DNA of 63,719 nucleotides, filler included. It is 8 parts of 8 records of this genome, joined end to end, with 100 filler letters (N's around TTAATTAATTAA, not from the genome) between each part and the next. Parts side by side here need not be neighbours in the genome. Positions count along the whole stretch, not along the records: positions 1 to 9,958 come from SRR31156797_23757; 7 more parts are not named here. One strand, given 5' to 3'. The notes below the pieces were generated by a model. The model did not search any database. It had not been told where the DNA came from and was given only the letters and a program-made list of their open reading frames with translations. Position numbers and translations under genes: made by a program. How positions within the stretch are numbered: position 1 is the first letter of the stretch; the number at the start of each line of letters is the position of its first letter. Positions 1 through 10,058 of this stretch are shown in pieces.

Positions 1-583
1 TCACCTCGAACACCCTGTCGGAAAACCCGGTGGCCTGGCTCAAGCTGTGGCTTGCAAGGACAAGGGTGGTATTGGGATGACGGGCATGGATGTGCTCGAC
101 CATGGCCCGGGCGGACGCCTGGTCCATGGAGCTGAAGGGCTCATCCATGAAAACGAGCCCGGGATTGCAGAGAAAGGTTCTGATGATGGCGCTCTTCTGT
201 TTCATGCCCCTGGAGATTTCATGGGGATAGTGGTCCTCGAAGCCGGCAAGTCCGGTGACGGCCATCCATTCCCGGTAACGCGCCTTGATTTCCGCGCACC
301 AGGGAATTTTATTGAGCCCGAGGGGATACAGGATATTCTCCCGGACCGTCTTGTACCAGAAGAGCCCGGGTTCCTGGAACACCACGCCGGGGGAACTGGT
401 TTGGGCGGCCACGGTTCCTGAAAAATCCCGGTCAATGCCGGCCAGGATTGCGATCAATGTGGTCTTGCCGGAACCGGACGGAGCCATCAGGGTGACGGTC
501 TCCCCCGTTTCCACACTGAAACTGAGATTATCGATGATGGTCTGCCGGTTGTATTTTTTCGTTATCCCGGTCGCCTTAAGCAC
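1..583 (-). CDS. ABC transporter ATP-binding subunit (NitT/TauT-like), 3' end cut by window edge
   Basis: Not in ORF track. Manual translation from GTG 583 after an AAGGAGG RBS gives MLKATGITKKYNRQTIIDNLSFSVETGETVTLMAPSGSGKTT (Walker A); H-loop region ILASHSLSQATGFSDRV near base 1. Confidence 0.85.
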   Translation of the reverse strand, partial: MLKATGITKKYNRQTIIDNLSFSVETGETVTLMAPSGSGKTTLIAILAGIDRDFSGTVAAQTSSPGVVFQEPGLFWYKTVRENILYPLGLNKIPWCAEIKARYREWMAVTGLAGFEDHYPHEISRGMKQKSAIIRTFLCNPGLVFMDEPFSSMDQASARAMVEHIHARHPNTTLVLASHSLSQATGFSDRVFEV

Positions 584-603
584 GACGCCTCCTTGAATCC
601 CGT

Positions 604-1365
604 TTATCCCGGATAAAAATATTTCTTGAAAAGCCCCATGAAAACAGCGCTGATCACAAGCTGAATCACCAGGACAAAGAGCAGGATCACAACCACATAA
701 AAGAGCACCTCCTGCATATTAAAATAGATCCTGGAAACATTGATCAGGAACCCAAGGCCGTTTTCAGACGCGATGAACTCCCCCAGGAGGGCCACCTTCA
801 TTGCCATGGTGGTGCCCATGGCGGCGTTGGCCCGCATGGCCGGTACAAGCAGGGGAATGTAGAGATCCCGGATCACATGCCACCGGGTGCCGTTGAAGGA
901 GCGGATCACCCCCTCCATGGCGGGATCGGCCTTGGCCAGGGCGGCGGCCGTGTTCATGGCCAGGAGGGGCGTTGTCATGGTGACCACCAGCAGCACCGGC
1001 GCCACGCTTCCCACCCCCACCATCAATAGAAGAATAACCCCCACGATGAGGCCGGGCAGCACCTGGACCATCATCAGCAGCCCCTCCACCCAGGCCGTAA
1101 TTTTCAAAACATGGGCGATGATGCCCACCAGGGTTCCAAGAACAAAGGACAGGGCAAATCCCGTCATCACCCGTCCCAGGGTAAATGAAAGGTGCCCGAA
1201 AAACTCCGGGGTGCATAACCGGTCCGCCCGTCCCAGGGTTTCCAGGGGAGAAGGCAGGACAAAGGGGTCAAAAAAAAGGGAACCCGTCCACCAGAGCACC
1301 ATGACGATGCCGAGGGAAACCAGGGGGCCCGCCAGGGGCCTAAAAAAAGTCGTTAAATGTTTCAT
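604..1365 (-). CDS. ABC transporter permease (SsuC/TauC-like)
   Basis: Multi-TM protein with LPSP and ALLGEFIASENGLGFLI motifs; sits between the binding protein and the ATPase. Confidence 0.85.
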   Translation of the reverse strand: MKHLTTFFRPLAGPLVSLGIVMVLWWTGSLFFDPFVLPSPLETLGRADRLCTPEFFGHLSFTLGRVMTGFALSFVLGTLVGIIAHVLKITAWVEGLLMMVQVLPGLIVGVILLLMVGVGSVAPVLLVVTMTTPLLAMNTAAALAKADPAMEGVIRSFNGTRWHVIRDLYIPLLVPAMRANAAMGTTMAMKVALLGEFIASENGLGFLINVSRIYFNMQEVLFYVVVILLFVLVIQLVISAVFMGLFKKYFYPG

Positions 1366-2344
1366 CCAGGGGCGATCCGATGGTTTTGTAATAGGCGGTA
1401 ACGCCCTGTTTCAATGGCCGGTCCGTCAACAGCTCAAACCGGGTGCGCCCCAGGGCCGTGTCCAGGATCTTTCCGGGAAACCTGAGGCGTTTTCCGGCCC
1501 GCTGCACCGCAAGGCCGGGATTGGCGTTACACCGTTCAATGGCCCGTGCAAGTGCCTGGTTGAACCGGACAACCCGTTCCGGATGGGCCTTTGCCCACCG
1601 GGTGTTGACAAAGGTTCCCACCTGGGGACAGGTGGTACGGCTGCCGGTGTACCGCTCCCACAGGGCTGCGTAATCAAGGCTGACAACCAGGCCGGGATGG
1701 GCTTCGGCCAGGGAGACAAAGGGTTCGGGCAAGGCCGCGAACCCGATCCGCCCCTGCTGGAGCATTTTTACGGAACTGTCGAACATGGCGTATCCCACAC
1801 GGATATCCCGTTGCCACACAAGGCCCTCGGATCTTGCAAAAAACCGGGTAACCTCCTCCAGGGGGGAGCCGGGAAAGGGAAGCCAGATCTTCTCGCCCTT
1901 AAGCTCGCCAAACCCGTTGACGGGCCGGGTCGATACAAGGAAGCTGAGTCCCGCCACATGGGAGTTGATGATCTTCAGGGGCACCCCCTGGCGGAAAAAC
2001 CGGACACCCACGCTGATGCCGGTTGTCAGGAATTGCACCTGGTTCCTCAAAAACAGGGAATGGGCCTGGGAATGGTTGTGGAAAATTTTCACCGCCACCC
2101 CGGGCAGATCGTCCGCAGCCAGGATCAACGGGAGGGAAGCCGGCGTCGCCGGGGCCAGGACAACAATGTCCCGGCCCGGTTCCCCCGCCGCCCTGCCCGG
2201 CAGGACCAGGGCAAGGCAGCAAAGAAAAGCAACGATCAGGGACTTGCAGCCCTTCCCGTATGAATTGCACCTGTTCCTTATTATACAGGTGCAGGTATTC
2301 ATGGAAGTCACCATCATCAAGAACGATCTTCGATCTCCCGCCAT
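1340..2344 (-). CDS. ABC transporter substrate-binding protein (NitT/TauT/SsuA-like); true start probably downstream of 2344
   Basis: Signal peptide (LLCCLALVLPGRA-like stretch), LKGEKIWLPFPGSP and LPEPFVS motifs; operon context. Confidence 0.75.
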   Translation of the reverse strand: MAGDRRSFLMMVTSMNTCTCIIRNRCNSYGKGCKSLIVAFLCCLALVLPGRAAGEPGRDIVVLAPATPASLPLILAADDLPGVAVKIFHNHSQAHSLFLRNQVQFLTTGISVGVRFFRQGVPLKIINSHVAGLSFLVSTRPVNGFGELKGEKIWLPFPGSPLEEVTRFFARSEGLVWQRDIRVGYAMFDSSVKMLQQGRIGFAALPEPFVSLAEAHPGLVVSLDYAALWERYTGSRTTCPQVGTFVNTRWAKAHPERVVRFNQALARAIERCNANPGLAVQRAGKRLRFPGKILDTALGRTRFELLTDRPLKQGVTAYYKTIGSPLDETFNDFF

Positions 2345-4116
2345 ATCCCGTCCATGGTGTGGCAGACCTTTTGTTTCCTGTCCCGGTAGGTGGTATGGAG
2401 CAGGTGATGGCTCTTCTCCCCCAGGGGTTCCTTCAGAAAATCCTCGTAGATTTTGGCAATCATGGGATTGTTGTGGGACTGGCGCACGGTACGCTTCTCA
2501 TCGATGGTGTACATCCCCTGTTTCCGCTCCAGGCGTGTGCCCTGGTAGGAGTGCTTGCTCCTGGGCTGGCCACCGCCCCCGGCGCATCCGCCCGGGCATG
2601 CCATCACCTCCACAAACCCATAGGGGCTCTCGCCTGTCTTGATTTCCTCCGCAAGCCGGCGGGCCTCCTTGAGGGTGTGCACAACGGCCACCTTGACGGG
2701 TCCTATATCCGGCCCCAGATCCACGGTGGCCTCCCTTCGCAGGGCCTCCCCCCTGACATCGGTATACTCAACCGCTTCCAGCTCCTTGCCGGTAACCACC
2801 TTGTGAACGGTTCTGACGGCTGCCTCCATGACACCGCCGGTGTTTCCGAAGATCACGGCCGCCCCGGAATAGTCGGACATCCACGGGTTGTCAAACCCGG
2901 TATCCTCGAGGCGGGCAAGGTCGAGGCCCTCCCGTTTCAAGATCCGCGCAAATCCCCGGGTGGAAAGCACCACATCCACGTCCCGGCGTCCTTCGTTCTC
3001 AAACTCGGGCCGTTTGGCCTCCCCCTTCTTGGCCGTGCAGGGCATGATGGAGATCACCCGGATCCTATCGGGATTGATGTCCATCTTTCCGGCAAGATAG
3101 GTCTTGGCCATGGAACCCAGGCACTGCTGGGGCGAGCGGGTGGTGGAGATGTGGGGGTTCAGTTCCGGATAGTTCTTCTCCACAAAGTTCACCCACCCGG
3201 GGCAACAGGAGGTGAACATGGGAAGCACGCCCTTGTTTTTGATACGGTCCAGAAGCTCCGTCCCCTCCTCCATGATGACAAGGTCGGCGGCGAAATTGGT
3301 ATCCAGGACCACGTCGGCCCCGAGCTGTTTCAGGGCTGTGATCATCCTGCCCTCGACATTCTCCCCCCTTGCCATGCCGAACTCCTCACCAATGGCCGTT
3401 CTCACGGCCGGGGCAAACTGCACCACGGTGAAAATCTCCGGATCGTAAAACATATCCAGGGCATCTTCGGTATCGTTCCTGCCGGCCAGGGCCCCCACGG
3501 GACACACCAGGATGCACTGGCCGCAGGAGACACAGTCCGACTGGTTCAGGGGCAGATTGTCCCGGACACTGATCTCGGTCTCGAGCCCCTTTTCCGTGAT
3601 CACCAGGGCGTCGATGCCCTGGATCTCCCGGCACACCTTGACACAGCGGAAACAGCGGATGCACTTGCTCATGTCCCTGAAAATGGCGGGGGAGGAGTCG
3701 TCCCGGCTGCGGCGCTGGTAAAACTCGGGATAGGTGTAACGGTTCTGCTGAAGGCCAACGAACTGGGCCACATCCTGGAGTTCGCAGTTTCCGTGGCGAA
3801 CGCAGGAGGCGCACTCCTGGTTATGGTCGGCAAGGAGCAGTTCCACCTGGAGCCGCTGCATCTCCCTGACCTTGCGTGTCCGAGTGAGAACCGCCATGCC
3901 GTCCTCCATGGGGGTGGTGCAGGAGGTCACAATGTGGTGCTCCGAATCGCCCTTCCGCTGGATATCCACCAGGCAGACCCGGCAGGTGCCCGGGGCATGG
4001 TCAAGGTCCGCCATCTCGCACAGGGTGGGAATGAAGTGGCCGTTTGCCTTGGCAACATCGAGCACTGTCTGGTTTTCACTGAATTCTACATCTTTACCAT
4101 TAATGGTTCCTATCAT
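2317..4116 (-). CDS. hydA: [FeFe]-hydrogenase catalytic subunit (group A, with 2Fe-2S, His-ligated 4Fe-4S and 2x4Fe-4S domains)
   Basis: H-cluster motifs TSCCPGW, MPCTAKKGE, EVMACPGGCAGGGG; N-terminal CRVCLV, HNQECASC, CIRCFRC, CVSCGQC; fused small-subunit region SHNNP...HHLLHT. Confidence 0.95.
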   Translation of the reverse strand: MIGTINGKDVEFSENQTVLDVAKANGHFIPTLCEMADLDHAPGTCRVCLVDIQRKGDSEHHIVTSCTTPMEDGMAVLTRTRKVREMQRLQVELLLADHNQECASCVRHGNCELQDVAQFVGLQQNRYTYPEFYQRRSRDDSSPAIFRDMSKCIRCFRCVKVCREIQGIDALVITEKGLETEISVRDNLPLNQSDCVSCGQCILVCPVGALAGRNDTEDALDMFYDPEIFTVVQFAPAVRTAIGEEFGMARGENVEGRMITALKQLGADVVLDTNFAADLVIMEEGTELLDRIKNKGVLPMFTSCCPGWVNFVEKNYPELNPHISTTRSPQQCLGSMAKTYLAGKMDINPDRIRVISIMPCTAKKGEAKRPEFENEGRRDVDVVLSTRGFARILKREGLDLARLEDTGFDNPWMSDYSGAAVIFGNTGGVMEAAVRTVHKVVTGKELEAVEYTDVRGEALRREATVDLGPDIGPVKVAVVHTLKEARRLAEEIKTGESPYGFVEVMACPGGCAGGGGQPRSKHSYQGTRLERKQGMYTIDEKRTVRQSHNNPMIAKIYEDFLKEPLGEKSHHLLHTTYRDRKQKVCHTMDGIWREIEDRS

Positions 4117-4129
4117 TCTTAAGACCTCC

Positions 4130-6109
4130 CTATTGCTCGGTGATTACGGAATAGACACGGTAGCAGCGCATGCATCGCTCGGCTTCGGCGTATGCTTCGT
4201 CAACGGAAATGGGTTTTTCAACTTCTTCAAAGAGCTCTTTTCGAATCATTGGATCAAGCTCCTTTATCTTTACCCTGTATTCATGTTTCACCGGAATGGA
4301 GATGCCCGTTGAAATCATGGGCTGGACATCGCCCACAAGCTGGGACATCCGCTCCCTTGGCTGGAACCGCACCCGTCCCAGGGTCAGATAGTCGTCGATG
4401 CTTGCCGCCGCCTTTTCTCCCTGGGCCATGGCCTGAACCAGGGTGGCGGGCCCGGTCACACAGTCGCCGCCGGCAAACACCCCTTTTCTTGTGGTCATGA
4501 GGGAAGACTCATTGACTTTTATGGTCCCCCAGGAGTCCAGCTCCACCCCTTCCTCGGGGGCTACAAACCCATGCTCCACCTGCTGGCCGATGGCCGGGAT
4601 GACATGGTCGACCTCGAGGACGAATTCACTGTCCGCAATAGGTGTGACGCCGCACCTGCCGCTCTCGTCCGGCTCGCCCAGGGCCATCTTGTTGAGCTCG
4701 ACCCCCCGCACCTTGCCGTCCTCCACCAGGATCTTGGTGGGATTGGTCAGGAAATGAAAGATCACGCCCTCCTTCATGGCCGCCTCGATCTCCTCATGGT
4801 CGGCGGGCATCTCCTTCTGGCTCCGCCGGTATACAACGTGAACCTCCTTGACGTTCATGCGGAGGGCGGACCTGGCACAGTCCATGGCCACGTTGCCGCC
4901 GCCCACAACCACCATTTTCTCCCCGAGTTCCATGGGCATGCCCCGGTCGATATAGTCGTGGTTGATGCGAAGCAAAAAGTCGACGCCGAAATCATAGCCC
5001 TCGATTTCCGGATTTTCCTCGGCCACCCGCATCATCTTGCCCTTGTGGGCCCCGATCCCCAGGAACACGGCATTGTATCCCCTCTCCACAAGTTCGGTAA
5101 GGGTCATATCCCGGCCAAGCTTCTGGTTGTACAGTATCCGGCCCCCCAGGTTTTCGATGATGGAAATCTCCTTGCCAAGCACCTCCTTGGGCAGCCTGTA
5201 CTCGGGAATGCCCGTGGCCGCCATGCCGCCGGGAACGGGCTTGGACTCAAAGATATCAACGTTATACCCCTTGAGCAGCAGATGATAGGCCGCGGCGATG
5301 CCGGCGGGACCCGTGCCAACCACGGCGATCTTGAGATTCTTGTTTTTGGGATTTGACGGCTCATAGGACGAGAACCAATCGTTGATCACCTCCTGCTCAT
5401 GGTCGGCGACAAAGCGTTTGAGCACCTTGATTCCCACGGCTTCGTCCACCTGGGTTCTCCGGCAGGCCATCTCGCAGAACCTGACACAGACCCGGCCGCA
5501 GGTGGCGGCCATGGGATATTTCTGGAGAATCACCCCCAGGGAATGGGTAAACTTGCCGTCCTTGACATAGTCGATATATTTGGGCACATCGACCTTTGAG
5601 GGACAGGCCTCGATGCAGGGGGCGGACACATAGGTCTCACAGGGCTGTCCCTTGGGGGCGGGCCCGGAAAGCTCGGCCACAAGCGCTTCCCGGAAGGATC
5701 CCAGCATCTCCAGGAGGGCAACGGTTGCCGTCTGGCCCAGGCCGCACAGGGAGGTGTTTTTCACGTGTTCCGCAATGATTTCGATCTCGTCCAGGTCTTC
5801 CGGGCCGCCCTTACGGTCGACCAGGTCCTTGAGCTTTCTCTTGATGATCTGGGTCCCGACCCTGCAGGGGGTGCACTTGCCGCAGGACTCCTTTGCAACC
5901 CGCTCCATGTACTGAAGAAGGGCGTCCAGGAGGTTGACATTTTTTTCAAATATGAAAAAACCGTGTCCCCCGAAAAAAGCCTTGATGGGATTTCCCGCGT
6001 TAAACTCATCAAAGTCGCTGAATTCCGGGTGTTCCTCTATTTCAAAGATCTGCCGGTTTCGATTGTCGATGACCTTGCCATCCCATGATCCGAAAATTAC
6101 TTTAGCCAT
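4130..6109 (-). CDS. FAD/NAD(P)H oxidoreductase: NuoF-type 4Fe-4S domain fused to GltD/NfnB-like domain (hydrogenase partner)
   Basis: CGKCTPCRVG..SLCGLG; CIEACP; CGRVCVRFCEMAC; GTGPAG; GGGNVAMD; YRRS; GVFAGGD; EAERCMRC. Confidence 0.85.
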   Translation of the reverse strand: MAKVIFGSWDGKVIDNRNRQIFEIEEHPEFSDFDEFNAGNPIKAFFGGHGFFIFEKNVNLLDALLQYMERVAKESCGKCTPCRVGTQIIKRKLKDLVDRKGGPEDLDEIEIIAEHVKNTSLCGLGQTATVALLEMLGSFREALVAELSGPAPKGQPCETYVSAPCIEACPSKVDVPKYIDYVKDGKFTHSLGVILQKYPMAATCGRVCVRFCEMACRRTQVDEAVGIKVLKRFVADHEQEVINDWFSSYEPSNPKNKNLKIAVVGTGPAGIAAAYHLLLKGYNVDIFESKPVPGGMAATGIPEYRLPKEVLGKEISIIENLGGRILYNQKLGRDMTLTELVERGYNAVFLGIGAHKGKMMRVAEENPEIEGYDFGVDFLLRINHDYIDRGMPMELGEKMVVVGGGNVAMDCARSALRMNVKEVHVVYRRSQKEMPADHEEIEAAMKEGVIFHFLTNPTKILVEDGKVRGVELNKMALGEPDESGRCGVTPIADSEFVLEVDHVIPAIGQQVEHGFVAPEEGVELDSWGTIKVNESSLMTTRKGVFAGGDCVTGPATLVQAMAQGEKAAASIDDYLTLGRVRFQPRERMSQLVGDVQPMISTGISIPVKHEYRVKIKELDPMIRKELFEEVEKPISVDEAYAEAERCMRCYRVYSVITEQ

Positions 6110-6212
6110 AAATAGATTCCCATTCGTTTCTATTAAGTCGTGTTAACGTTCGTTTTTTTCAGCCAGGGGCTTGTCTCCCTTGCAGCGCCCCCCTGTCTGC
6201 CAGGTTGACAAT

Positions 6213-6228
6213 TGCAAAATAAATACCA
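6213..6228 (-). promoter_or_regulatory. sigma54 (-24/-12) promoter of the hydrogenase operon
   Basis: Minus strand TGGTATTTATTTTGCA = GG-N10-GC, about 100 nt upstream of the 6109 start. Confidence 0.6.
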
Positions 6229-6415
6229 TTCCATGCCGATGTAATCGGATCATGGAAGCAACAGATTGTTTTGTCGGAATTACTGGAACAGGTTTAAACT
6301 GGTTGCGAGACTCCCTTGCTGCATGGGGCCAGGCGTGCATTATCGTGATAAACACGCCTGACTCCGTAAATCATTTTACAACTTACTTCTACTTCTACGT
6401 GCACGGATTAGACCG

Positions 6416-7090
6416 TTACCTCCTGGCGGCGATCCACAGGGTGTGGCGCGCCCCCTTGCCGTTTTCCCTTGCCCGGACCCGGTGAACCTCGGGATGATAC
6501 CCGCACTCCTTTAGACGCCGGGTAAATGGGGGACTGTCAATTGCCGACCACACACCAAGGACGCCCTTGGGCGCAAGCCCCTTGTGAATGGCCCGGAGTC
6601 CCTGGCTTGTGTAGAGCCAGGCGTTGCCCTCCTGGGTCAGGGCGCCGGGACCGTTGTCCACATCCAGGATAACGGCATCATAGCGCCCGGCAGGTTGTGC
6701 AAGCAGCCGAACCACATCCCCGACCTCAACCGTAACCCGGGGGTCATCCAGGGGAGCCCCGGCCAGGTGGGAAAGATGCTCACGGTTCCAGAGAACCAGT
6801 TCGGGCATAAGCTCCGCCACCACCACCTCGGCATTTTCAGGCAGTACCCCAAGGGCTGTTTCAAGGGTAAATCCCATGCCAAGGCCGCCGATGAGCACCC
6901 GGGGCCCGGGGTTGGGACCCAGGGCCCGGCAGGCAAGCCTGGCAAGCGCTTTTTCAGACCCTGACATGCGGCTGTTCATTAATTCCTGGCCGCTGACGCG
7001 GATGGAAAATTCGCTGCCCCGGCAAAACAGCCCCATCTCATTTCCGTCATCCGGGGTAAGCGCAGCCCCGAGCTGTTTCCATGGAATCAT
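6416..7090 (-). CDS. spermidine synthase-like SAM-dependent methyltransferase
   Basis: ELMNSR, VLIGGLGMGFT, DAVILDVDNGP motifs. Confidence 0.8.
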   Translation of the reverse strand: MIPWKQLGAALTPDDGNEMGLFCRGSEFSIRVSGQELMNSRMSGSEKALARLACRALGPNPGPRVLIGGLGMGFTLETALGVLPENAEVVVAELMPELVLWNREHLSHLAGAPLDDPRVTVEVGDVVRLLAQPAGRYDAVILDVDNGPGALTQEGNAWLYTSQGLRAIHKGLAPKGVLGVWSAIDSPPFTRRLKECGYHPEVHRVRARENGKGARHTLWIAARR

Positions 7091-7122
7091 CGTTTCCTCC
7101 GGCCCGGCTGTATCCCAGCCAT

Positions 7123-8517
7123 CTAACGCGCCTCGAGAAGGGCTACGGATTCGATGTGAAAGGTGTGGGGGAACATATCAACAGGCTGTACCTCCAGCGC
7201 TTTATAGCGGGAGTTGAGCATGCCGAGATCCCGTGCCAGGGTTGCGGGGTTGCAGGAAACATAGACGATCTTCTTCGGCGCCAGGGCCATGACCTGCTCC
7301 ACCACGTCCTTGTGCATGCCGGCCCGTGGCGGATCGATGATCATGACGTCACAGGAGGCGTCGATCTTTGGCAGCACCTCCTTGATATCCCCGACAAAGA
7401 AGTCGCAATTGTCAATGTCGTTGAGGGCCGCGTTTCGCTTGGCGTCTTCCACGGCACTCTCCACGATCTCGATGCCCACGACCCGTTTGGCCGCGTCCGA
7501 AAGCCAGATGGGGATGGTTCCCGTGCCCGAGTAGAGATCGACCACGGTCTCGTTCCCGGTGAGGGCGGCGTACTGGGAAACAAGGGTATAAAGCTGTTCG
7601 GCGCCGGTGGTGTTGGTCTGGAAAAAACTGTTGGCCGAAATTTCAAAGGTGAACCGGCCCAGGCGTTCCTTGATGCAGCGCTCCCCGGCAAGGAGCTTCT
7701 CATACTCACCCATTGCAATGCCCGCCTTTCTGGCCGTGACATTGTTCACCACCGAGGCGATCTCCGGAAAGGTCTTTCTCAGATGTTCCGCCAGGGGGAT
7801 CAGGAGGTCGTCATTCTCCTCCTTGGTGACGATGTTGACCATCCAGGTGTTGAAGGCGGTGGAGCTTCGAAGCATGAGGAACCGCCAGAACCCCTCATGG
7901 GAACGAAGGCCGTATGCCGGCACCCCGGAGGCCTTGATGTAGTTGCGCACCTCGTTGAGGATCCTGTTTCCGGTTTCCGGCTGTATCAGACACTGGTCAA
8001 GATCAATGACCCGGTCAAAGGTTCCGGGCACGTGGAGCCCCAGGCCGAAATCCTTTTTGATGTCGGGATTGTCCAGCTCTTCCGGCAGCAGCCAGCGGCT
8101 GTCGCTGCAGGAGAACTCCATCTTGTTTCTGAACCCAAAAGTTTTCTGGGAGGGGAGAACCGGATGAACCGTGACATCTTTCAAAAGCCCGATGTGCTCC
8201 AGGGACTCCCGGACATGCTGGGTCTTGTATTTAAGCTGGGTCTCATAGGGAAGGGACTGCCATCGGCATCCGCCGCAATATCCGGCATAGCGGCACGGGG
8301 TTTCCTGCCTCAGGGAAGAGGGTTCGATAAGGGAAATTAGCCGTCCTTCGGCAAAACTCTTCTTCTTTTTGGTAATCTTGGCAAGGACCTTGTCTCCGGG
8401 AAGCGCCCGGTCGACAAACACGGGATAACCGTCCGGCTTGGCAAGTCCCTTGCCGCCAAAGGCAAGATCGATGATCTCAAGTTCAACAGCCTTTCTCTTT
8501 TGTATCTTCATAAACAC
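7123..8517 (-). CDS. rlmD: 23S rRNA (uracil1939-C5)-methyltransferase
   Basis: TRAM domain, C-x5-CGGC FeS motif, SFFQTN, DLYSGTG, DPPRAG, YVSCNPATLARD, DMFPHTFHIE. Confidence 0.92.
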   Translation of the reverse strand: MFMKIQKRKAVELEIIDLAFGGKGLAKPDGYPVFVDRALPGDKVLAKITKKKKSFAEGRLISLIEPSSLRQETPCRYAGYCGGCRWQSLPYETQLKYKTQHVRESLEHIGLLKDVTVHPVLPSQKTFGFRNKMEFSCSDSRWLLPEELDNPDIKKDFGLGLHVPGTFDRVIDLDQCLIQPETGNRILNEVRNYIKASGVPAYGLRSHEGFWRFLMLRSSTAFNTWMVNIVTKEENDDLLIPLAEHLRKTFPEIASVVNNVTARKAGIAMGEYEKLLAGERCIKERLGRFTFEISANSFFQTNTTGAEQLYTLVSQYAALTGNETVVDLYSGTGTIPIWLSDAAKRVVGIEIVESAVEDAKRNAALNDIDNCDFFVGDIKEVLPKIDASCDVMIIDPPRAGMHKDVVEQVMALAPKKIVYVSCNPATLARDLGMLNSRYKALEVQPVDMFPHTFHIESVALLEAR

Positions 8518-8729
8518 CTTGGCCCATGGGGGCTTTTATTATCGTTCACAGGGGCTCGACACCCACTGATCGGTTCCATGGCTCCCTGTATGTGAATCGT
8601 GTTCATTCCCTGATTATACCAAGAAAAACAGGGCACCGATTCGAGTGCAAAGAGCGCTCTCAGCCCGCAATCGGGCATATGCAAAAAATGAACTTGAGAT
8701 TATACAGTTCTTGTGCCATAAACACAAGA

Positions 8730-9473
8730 ATGAATATCTTATCAAAAACAATCCAATTTGTCTGTGATGCCATGACCCTCCATGGCATCCTTCACCTGCC
8801 TCCCACACCCAACCCGCCGCTGGTGATCGGTTCCCACGGCCTTGAAGGCACCAAAGAATCGGCCAAGCAGGCCCTGCTTGCAGAGCTTCTGCCAAGCATC
8901 GGCATTGCTTTTTTTAGATTTGATCACCGGGGGTGCGGAGAGAGCGACGGAACTTTTCAACAAGACACCTCCCTTGACAAGCGGGCAGCGGACATGGTGG
9001 CAGCGGTAAAGCATGTACTCGGCCTCGGTCTGACCAGCAGGAAAATCGCATTGTTCGGAAGCAGCCTCGGCGGAGCGACCTGCATCGAGACATGGACACG
9101 GCTTGAAGACCAGGGCCTGACACCCCAGGGGGCGGTGCTCTGCGCAACGCCCATAAAGAGCCAGTCCATCAGGAACATCCCCCTTGAAGGCACCGAAAAC
9201 CGGCCGGCCCTGCCCTTGAGCTTTTTCGAGGAGAACCTGCTCTTTGACCTCACCCAGGCGGCGACCAGGCTGGACAATCTCCTGATCTTCCACGGTTCAA
9301 AGGACGAGGTGGTGCCCTGGGAGAACGGCCAGACCCTTTATGACCTGGCCCGACACCCCAAGGAGCTGATCATCCACGAAAACGGAGACCACCGAATGTC
9401 CAAAAAAAGCCAGCAGGAAGATTTCACCGATCGGACCGCCATCTGGCTCAAAGGGTGCCTTCTGTTGGATTGA
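8730..9473 (+). CDS. alpha/beta fold hydrolase
   Basis: HG, RFDHRGCGES, nucleophile GSSLG, HGSKDEVVP, GDH triad; start moved to ATG 8730. Confidence 0.85.
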   Translation: MNILSKTIQFVCDAMTLHGILHLPPTPNPPLVIGSHGLEGTKESAKQALLAELLPSIGIAFFRFDHRGCGESDGTFQQDTSLDKRAADMVAAVKHVLGLGLTSRKIALFGSSLGGATCIETWTRLEDQGLTPQGAVLCATPIKSQSIRNIPLEGTENRPALPLSFFEENLLFDLTQAATRLDNLLIFHGSKDEVVPWENGQTLYDLARHPKELIIHENGDHRMSKKSQQEDFTDRTAIWLKGCLLLD

Positions 9474-9958
9474 GCCTGCGTCTCAGCAGTTCCAAGGCGG
9501 TCACGGCAAAGATCTTCTTGTTCATTGCCCTGTCGTCAAAGGGGAACACATAGCGCTTTGCCCAGGAGAAACCTGGACCTGCAACCCCGACACACACGGT
9601 ACCCACCGGCTTTTCATCGCTGCCGCCGCCAGGCCCGGCAATGCCGGATGTGGAAATCCCGTAGGTCGCCCCGGTCAGGTTTCTCACCCCCTGGGCCATC
9701 TCCCCGGCGGTCTCCTCGGACACGGCACCGAAACCTGCAAGGGTCGACTCCTTAACCCCGAGCACCCTGACCTTGGCGTCATTGGAATATGTGACACCCG
9801 AAAAAAGGAAATAATCGGAACTTCCGGCAACATCGGTGAGCAGGCTTGCCACAAGCCCGCCGGTACAGCTTTCAGCCGCGGCAACGGTTGCGCCTGTTTC
9901 AAGCAGCAACCGGCCCACCTCCTGCTCCATGGTGAGCCCCCGGGTGGAGATCACCCGC
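9448..9958 (-). CDS. cinA: CinA/PncC nicotinamide-mononucleotide deamidase domain, 5' truncated by contig end
   Basis: AESCTGG, GSSDYF, GAVSEE, SGIAGPGGG, KPVGTV. Confidence 0.88.
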
Positions 9959-10058
9959 NNNNNNNNNNNNNNNNNNNNNNNNNNNNNNNNNNNNNNNNNN
10001 NNTTAATTAATTAANNNNNNNNNNNNNNNNNNNNNNNNNNNNNNNNNNNNNNNNNNNN
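9959..10058. other. artificial contig spacer
   Basis: N44-TTAATTAATTAA-N44 (stops in all six frames); abrupt GC change across it. Confidence 0.99.

Noticed and set aside
887-4122. Long plus-strand ORFs 887-2263 and 2023-4122
   Set aside because: Antisense shadows of GC-rich genes that have clear motifs on the minus strand; no motifs of their own
7081-8340. 419-aa plus-strand ORF
   Set aside because: Antisense shadow of rlmD
8704-8719. TGGCAC sigma54-like site upstream of rlmD
   Set aside because: The -12 element reads GT, not GC
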